From assembly GCA_965153285.1 (NCBI GenBank), contig OZ229115.1: 64,000 bases of DNA. One strand, 5' to 3'. Both the position numbers and the translations under genes were made by a program. Every line of letters begins with the position of its first letter. The first letter of the stretch is position 1. Source of the DNA: Podarcis tiliguerta (taxonomy: Eukaryota). Shown in pieces: positions 55,901 to 64,000 of the stretch. Under the pieces are notes generated by a model, which saw nothing but the letters and a program-made list of their open reading frames with translations, was not told the origin of the DNA and did no database searches.

Positions 55901-56930
55901 ATGTCCATATTACACAGCATTATAGATACTACTTGAAGGAAAGCGTTTGATGTCCATATTTTCATATAAACTATCAAGTGGAATACAGTAGTCTTATGCC
56001 AAACAATCCAACATCTATTCCACCACTGCAAGGGCGGACACCTGAAAGGGACTCTCAGGATCTATTTATGGACTCTTCAATAATGCAATCCTATGCACAT
56101 ATATATGGCCGCTAAGGTATGTATTCAATGCAGCATTAAGTAACCTCCCATGAGTGTAAGTAATTCCACTTGTGTAATGGGACAGTCCTCCCCTTTCTTT
56201 CCCCCCTGCATAGCCCCTCAAACTGTTTCGGGGATTTCTCCAACCTTCTGGGGCAGATTTAGGGAGAGTGGTGGCGGCACACATGGGGGGAGAAGGAGAG
56301 ACAAGTGTAAATCCTTATGCTGATGAGACAATTACTTAGCTGTGCACTAGGTACAAACCTGTGTCCTTATAGATTCAACAGGGCTTATTTCCAGATAAGA
56401 GCATAAGATTGTAGCCACCTTCAGATAAATTAAAAATCTAGATGAATTGTTAAAATATAACATTCTAAACAGCAATTATGAGAACATGACAGATAAAATT
56501 TAGAATTAAACAAAGCAAAGATGAATACAACACTAGGAGAACATTCCTAGCAATAGGAATTGAAAGACTTAGGGCATCTACATTTATTTCATTTTTTACT
56601 GGATTGTATGAACAACAGGATAACAACCAACTAGTATATCTCATGTAATCCTCTGAATATGCACTAAACTAAGAACTGGTGACTCTAATCAGCTCCAGAA
56701 ATATGAAAACAAAATCCAGAGGATACAGGCTATTGTGGATTTACTAAATGAGAAATTAAAAAGCTTCCCCTGAAGACTCTTTGTTCTCTGAGCAATTACC
56801 TGATTACTGAAAGTGTGATTATCCTGAACAGACTCATCAATCTCTGTGTGATCTGCCTCAATCACTACATCTGGATGAAAGAGAGTACCATGCAGTGTGT
56901 GAACTAATTAAAATCTAAATTCCACTCTTA

Positions 56931-57107
<177 letters not shown>

Positions 57108-58090
57108 TTAGCAGTATAACCAATCTGGTAAGCAACCATTTGCCTGGCTGCCCATGACGAGTAACAATCATCACCAGGTGGTGAATCAGGAAAACTTTAC
57201 AAAATATGGTCGTTTTTTCCTTTTAGCCACCAAGTTCTAATGTTGCTTTGCATAGGCAGGCAGGCATCATGATATAGTGACAGTGTTGGGATAATATAGT
57301 GTTATCGTTTGTGTGTGTAGTGTTAACATAACAATGTTGCTGCTTAATCATTTAAAAAATATGCAACTTCTAGTTACAAAGTAGAGCTACTGCTTTGGAA
57401 AACAAGAAAATAATGTTAACACTCTTCTTTATATTTATTTATTTTAAAAGCGTGCCTTTAAATATTTTCTTGTTCTGCATTAAAAAAGTAAGTTCCGCTC
57501 TTTCTGAAAGACCACTTGCTCGTGTATGTTTTAATAGGAAAACAGGTAGCTGCCTTATGACGAGTCTGATCACCGGTCCATTAGCAGCCTGTCTGATCAC
57601 TGGTCTATCTAGCAGCCTGCCACAGCCAGGTGCTAAGTCAGGAAGAAGAGCAGAAATAACTTTCCAAGATCAACACCCAGCCTTGTGTCAAAAGGTTAGT
57701 AAAATTGTTTTAAGATCTGATCACTTTACAAGCTTTACTTGTAATGCCTATTTGAGTTTAATAGTCAAAAGGCAAGAAAGTAAATATTCACAATTCTTTT
57801 CCAAAAGAAGGAATTTGGCGTGATAGCAAACAATATACTGGAAGGTTAGGATTGTCAATCCCCAGAAGGGGTTTTACTTGCTTAAGGCACTGTTGGAAAA
57901 ATAACTGCTGCTATCAAGAATGACTCATAAGGCCTCTCAGACTTTGTTCCTCCTGGGGGCCGAAATCTGAGTCGTTCAGATAAAAAAAAACAAGGGAGCC
58001 AGCCACATAAACAACAGTTTCAGAGGAATAGTGGGGGAAAACGAGATTAATTTGTAATATTACTTTTCTAGTTCAGCACTGATTAGCTAT

Positions 58091-58531
58091 TGCCAGGGAA
58101 CTGCCATCAGTTCAGGAGGGAGAGAGCAAAAGCCAAATGGATTCTAGAGAGCCTCCAGGGATCATGGGAAGTAGCTCCTCCTCAGCGGAGGAGAGTAAAC
58201 ATGCCTCCAGTGGAGAGGAGGTGCAGGAGTCGGAAGTGGACTCCTTGCCTGGGAGAAGCGGGGAGGAAAGGGGTCCTCCGCTGCCCACGCCCTCTTTGCG
58301 CAGAAAGCATTCGCGCAGAGAGGGGAGGCGCAGACTGGGTGTCAAGAAGCTGCTTTGCTGGGGAAAGTTTAGGAACCGCGCACTCACGGATTCTGCCAGC
58401 AATTGAGTTAGCCATGGGAGAGTGGCACTCCGAACAGATAAAGTTTATTTTGGCAGCAAAGCCAAGGCTTCACAGCCAAGTAGGGAGATATTTGCCTGCT
58501 TGCTCTCGAGCAAGCCCTTGGAAACATAACA
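58091..58531. mobile_element. Solo LTR (Gypsy/ERV-type), 441 bp
   Basis: TG...CA termini, 5-bp TSD GCTAT (58086-58090 and 58532-58536); GC/CpG-rich island in an AT-rich intron. Confidence 0.8.
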
Positions 58532-58696
58532 GCTATGGAAAAATAAGGAATTAGCTCTCTGTCCAATGTTTGAATCTCATGGAAGCTACTCATGTGTTAT
58601 AAAATGGTTTACTGGGACCCACATACAGTACTGTTACTGAAAAACAAAATACTTAAGCAGATACAGAAACAAAATTGAAGGTGTCAGTGGCTACTA

Positions 58697-58834
<138 letters not shown>

Positions 58835-59488
58835 CTATTGTTAATTAAAAATAAAAGCATGCAGTAACTTTCAACTGTGTTCTTAGGTAGAAAAAACCTT
58901 TCCTTTCGCATTCTTTATTGCCTTTCATTATATTCCAAGGTTTCAAAGAACTGTCTTTATAATCAAATAACCACTAAAGTGTTATGTTTGTGATGAATTG
59001 TTTAAATAGCTCTTCTCTGTTTTAAATTATAACATATTCATAGCTAGATGAGATTCTCTTTTTAATTGCAATCAGGAGTGATTACAGTAAGCCTCCAATA
59101 TAAAAAAAAGACCATAATGATTTCAGGATGGAGGGAACCACTAATGCTCATTTTATTTATAAGTTAAGCAAGGCATATAGCTCTGACTTCTCTGTTCAAC
59201 TGATCAGAGCAACTTCCTTTGACTTAGTAGTTATACTCCTGTCTGACCAGGAAGAGCATCAGAACCAGAGCCTACAAATGCACTGCAGAGTCTCTAGCAG
59301 CAAAACTAAACTGCTGTATTTCTTCCTTTACATTGCAATCGTCAGACCACATTACAGAAGGATTTCACTGGGTGTTCATTGAGGCTGCACTGGAGTAAGT
59401 GGCCTTAAAAGCTGCAGTATGCTATCCATCTTGATTGAAGGTAAGAACACCAACAGGCCTTTCGCACCCCCGTTGCACGTGAATCATA

Positions 59489-59648
59489 GGGGAAGGGCCA
59501 CAGCTCTCTGCTTTGCATGCAGTAGGTTCCAGTTTAAAGCCCCAGTATCTCCAGGTAAGCCTGGTAATGCCCTTTGGAGAGCAGCTGCCAGCCAGTGTAG
59601 ACCATATGGAGGTAGATGGACCACTAGTATGAAGGCAGCTTCCTATGT
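59489..59648 (+). mobile_element. tRNA-derived SINE (Squam3-like), diverged
   Basis: Similar to 25947-26131; ends GGCAGCTTCCTATG. Confidence 0.7.
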
Positions 59649-61595
59649 GTTCTACACATAGAAAAGATTTGTGCTACTAAAGTCCACCTCAAGGTTGTAC
59701 AGCTTCCCTTGGTCCCATCCTATGTTAATTGTTGATGTCTGTAGGCAACAGCTTACATGGGTAGACCTCTATGCAAGCTGTGGCCGTGCACAACTGGGCT
59801 TCCCTTGCAGACATCCACACCTAACACATGAATGTTATGGTAGGGCCAAGGACCAAGACGAACTCATGGCTGGGCCGTGGAGCCCTTTCTATGCATGAAA
59901 TCTGTTTTCTAGAGACCAGTGCATCCAATCTGCATCCAATCTGTTTTACAGAGACCGGCGCAAAGTGGCAAACTTAAGTGATAATAATGAAGGGCTGCGG
60001 TTCCTAGGTTGCTGGGCAGAAATATCTACTCTGCCCTTCTCATCAGAAATGAGCTTGTGTCACACTGCCCTGAACCACTGCAGCTTATGCTAGTCAAGTT
60101 GCTAATTAGTTTGCTATTTGCTAGTAACGGGAAAATTGCCTACAGTGTGAACAATTTCATTCCCTGCAACCTATTAGACAGTGCACATTATTAAAGCGGA
60201 TTTCCAGTATAATGCACTCTTTAGGGATGGTGGGAATTAGAATATAATGCTGAGAATATAGAATTTAGGTCAAATGTAGTTACTTCAGCAGCTAGCGAGA
60301 GTGCTAGTTAAGTAAAAGAAGAAAAATAAAAACCCTGGTTGATATATACTTTATTTAACAGTTGCCAACATAACCTTGTTTTAAAATATGGTTAATATAG
60401 AATTAGGTTAAAATACAGTTAATATAGAAACAGTCTTGAAAACTGCACCTGAACTTTCAACTACAAACACACAAATATTCTAGATTTATCTTTCTTAATC
60501 CTAGCATGCTGCTTATGGGAATCCTGACCTGACCCAGAATCTCCAAGTCTTTGTTTTATAAATCTCTTAATCTGCCTCCTTGCAAAACCCAAGGTGTAGT
60601 GGGAGTATTAATCTGGGTTTTTTCAGATCAGTAGACCAAGGTGCTGACCACTTTTGCTGGTATTGTGGTGTTGACATAAAGAAGCACCAATTTTGCATAA
60701 TCTATGCGGAGCCTACCTAAAATGTCCTGAATTTTTGAGAAGTGAGCTGGCATATCATCTCCCGATACCCTTTACTTGTTACCCATAACATGTGGTTCAA
60801 ATTTACCTGTAAATGTAATTTACCTGTAACATGTGGTTCGAATTTATCTGTAACACTGGTTGCCCCAGTGTTAGAAACTGAGTTATGAAAGCTAGGAGCT
60901 AAAGGGCACCTTAAACCTAGGTTCTGGGCGCAACAACAGAATGTCTAGGTGCTTTTTTTATAACAAAAATACAAAGCTGAAAATGAATGAACTGCAGCTA
61001 AAATATTATGTTCATTTTTCACATGGTCTAGTCCTTCCCCTGCTCACTCACCTAATATTCTTAAGAGGGTTTCTTCTTCAGTCTTCAGAGAGTAGTTAGA
61101 AGTGGGGAGGCAGAAAAATGTCCTTCTTTCCTTCCACTCTGCAGTTTAAATCTGAAATCTTAGGCACAGTACTGCACCCAGAGATCAGAAACTGCTCGCA
61201 CTAATGAAATTCCCTGTCGCAAAACGCACCTAGAACAATGGGAGTTTCAAACACTGCTTTGCACCAACCCAAGAACCCGACTAAGTGATTCACTGGTCAT
61301 AAACTTCTTATTTATTTTGGATTTTTAGCTTGCCCATTCTGAAAGCTCAGTGTTACTAAACGTGTTGCTTTAAAATAGCTGAATTGTAATACAATGTGAG
61401 ATGAAATAAAATTGCAATTTAAAAGCATACTGCATCTAGCACAGAGCATTACAACTTCTACAACCAAGAGAAAAAAGACCACGACGATCAGCAATTTTCA
61501 AGTAGTTCACAAAGGGAAAAGTTTGGGAACCACTGGTCTAGGGCTAAAAACTCCCATGCCAATTCCTAAAGTGTGAAGACAGTGATGTAATGTTA

Positions 61596-61823
<228 letters not shown>

Positions 61824-62395
61824 TTAGGAGCCAGCATGTGAAGAGAACGGCAGTTGCTTGAAATCATGAGAAAAGAAAGACGGAATGGGTGGTTAATGCT
61901 AAGACAATCGCACTCCTGAGGCATTAGGAAACAATGAAGCACAGCTGAATACCTCTGCTCCTCTCACATCAACCATACCCCAGTGCCTTGTGCCTATTAT
62001 GAAAGTCTTTATCTTGTGGAGAATTATGTTTTTCTCCTACTGCAAAAAATGATGAAGTTGGCAGTTTTGGGAGGGTGGAGGGGATGAGGAAGATGCTGAA
62101 CAGTGGTTTCAGATGAGCTGAGCGGCTCACAACGATTAATCCACTCCTTTGGAAAATGCTCATCAGCCTGAAACACTCTCTCAGACTTAGTTCTAGAGAG
62201 CATAACAGATGGTTTACGAGGAAAATCCTTGAAAGATAAACCTATTTGTTATTACAGGCTTGTCCTTTTTCCTTTCACCCCATTACCGAGGCTTGGGCAA
62301 GAGAAAAAATAGGCAAAGCAAGCTGATAAACACATATTGTGCACCAGGCCCAAATACAAACCCTGAGGCGTTAAAAAAAAACCAAAACCAAAGTA

Positions 62396-62653
62396 CTGTA
62401 TTTTTCGCTCTATAAGGCGCAACAGACCACAAGACGCACCTAGTTTTTGGAGGAGGAAAACAAGAAAAAAACATTCTGAATCTCAGAAGCCAGAACAGCA
62501 AGAGGGATGGCTGCACAGTGAAAGCAGCGATCCCTCTTGCTATTCTGGCTTCTGGGATAGCTGTGCAGCCTGCATTTTCTCCCTAAGACGCACACACATT
62601 TCCCCTTACTTTTTAGGAGGGAAAAAGTGAGTCTTATAGAGCAAAAAATACGG
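62396..62653. mobile_element. Tc1/mariner-type MITE, 258 bp
   Basis: TA|CTGTATTTTTCGCTCTATAAG ... CTTATAGAGCAAAAAATACGG|TA; internal palindrome CAGAAGCCAGAACAGCAAGAGGGAT / ATCCCTCTTGCTATTCTGGCTTCTG. Confidence 0.88.
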
Positions 62654-63222
62654 TAACTATTTTGTTGGATCAGAGTAGTGATCCATCAAAAATGTGGCAT
62701 CCTTTCTCCAAGGCCTGAGTGAAATTCAAGGTGCCACAAAGATGGGCCAAAATAGGGGAGGCGAATGGCAATCCAGGAAAAGCTTTTACTGAAGCAGCAG
62801 CTTTAAACAAAGCTTTAAAAGAGATAGCAAGAAAGCATGATGGATAAATAAGAGAAGGCTGTAGAAGATACATAGAGCAGCATGGCAGAAGAATGGGACA
62901 AGGAAGGAGAGGCGCTGAAAGCAGCAGAGAACATTAGCCCCTGACATTCAATTAGAGAAGACTAAAAAGTTAGGAATGCCACACATACTACCATCTTCTA
63001 CAGAACTGTACCACCCCCTGGAAGGGGCCACTTTTATTTCAAAGGAAAAGCTGCTAGAAAGCCCCAGTCCAAAACAGAAAGATGTTCTGGATCAAGGCCC
63101 TGCAGCTGGTTTTTCTTCAAAATAGAAGTAGCCATTTTAAGCACGCTGTTTCAAAAGCATAAATGACATGATACAGTTTGTGTTAAGATTAAGAATCACT
63201 CTGTAATTATCCAGATACCTAC

Positions 63223-63388
63223 CTCCTGCAGCAATTTCCACTTCTGTAGAGTCCCTCTCCAAACTTCCAGCACTGCTGACTATGTTCATTAAATGAATGG
63301 CCGTCCATGCAAAAGGCATGCGATATCTGCCAAGCCTTTGGCAAAATTGTTCTGATTGACTTTTCAGTTTTTCTAGTTTTTCCTTGTT
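63223..63388 (-). CDS. DOCK7: DOCK7 exon, 166 nt, [33 protein letters not shown]...EIAAG
   Basis: tgcag| ... |gtaggt, phase 0-1. Confidence 0.95.
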
Positions 63389-63614
63389 CTGCAGAGATAA
63401 AACCACAAAACTTACAAACTTGAAACATTTCTGAATTTTTTCATACTGCCTCTGCTATAAATAAATGCTGGGTTTTCAATAGAAGGAAGTACTGTTTCAA
63501 TAATGTATGATTATTAAAAAATATGAGAAACTTGCAAATGTTTTAAGGGCTACAGAACTATTTAAAAAAAGACACCACCTGCATTTAGGTCCAAACCCAT
63601 TGAAAACTGCTTAC

Positions 63615-63695
63615 CTTTGCCGCATCTGCTTCTTTTAAAATCATATATGGCTCTGCACACTCCCCAATATCTCCCTGTTGTAGTACCTTTTCCAG
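63615..63695 (-). CDS. DOCK7: DOCK7 exon, 81 nt, [27 protein letters not shown]
   Basis: cacag| ... |gtaag, phase 0-0. Confidence 0.95.
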
Positions 63696-64000
63696 CTGTG
63701 GGGATGGGAAGTGGGATGGGATTGAAGAAGGAAAGGAAGAGGCAAGCATGATGTTGCAGATACGTACACCACACATATACACAATGAACTGACTAGCCAG
63801 CACAGTTTAAGCTACCCACCCAGACACCCACCCACCCAATCAGGTAGACTGCCCTTTCTCTTTTGAACCAGCAATATAAACTGCAACTATAAAAGCTAAA
63901 GAGAGGCTTCAGCTATGTATGTGAAAGCAATTTCAATTGCATAGTCAATGCCCCTGCAAAAGTCACAGAGGAGCCTCTACCTAAAGTTTTGGCTTTGGGG

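Noticed and set aside
56800-56870. 71-nt exon-like segment with ccag| and |gtaatt and an in-frame stop
   Set aside because: Its upstream intron would be only 61 nt, shorter than typical vertebrate minimal introns.
60789-60856. Short local tandem duplications (also near 21650, 29952, 38194, 57564 and 59899)
   Set aside because: Two to three copies of 17-30 nt, consistent with ordinary replication slippage.

Overview
Vertebrate (squamate, lacertid-like judging by its SINE/MITE content) genomic DNA; not prokaryotic. The whole window lies inside DOCK7 (DOCK-C family Rac/Cdc42 GEF) on the minus strand. I traced 34 coding exons from 63695 down to 5053 with GT-AG boundaries and consistent phases (4446 nt, about 1482 codons). 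They cover the DHR-1/C2 domain, the central helical region and the start of DHR-2; both ends of the gene lie outside the window. A complete 7-exon ANGPTL3 gene (459 aa, + strand, 42003-52948) is nested antisense in a 17.2-kb DOCK7 intron and has its own HNF1/DR4/TATA-like promoter; this arrangement is already known in mammals. Introns carry Sauria and tRNA-derived SINEs, L2/CR1/RTE/L1 3' fragments, hAT and Tc1/pogo-type MITEs, and two solo LTRs. Most ORF-track entries are intronic noise or exon read-through. I found no convincing wholly new multi-gene system. The best leads are: a hidden splicing layer in DOCK7 (an 18-nt SRRM4-type microexon candidate, a 39-nt poison-exon candidate, and a possible second 15-nt microexon near STGWE); a solo LTR that appears to have replaced a DOCK7 branch point; and an ANGPTL3 protein lacking the mammalian convertase site, with a His-to-Arg change in the LPL-inhibitory motif. 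Comparisons with human proteins are from memory, not from alignments run here.
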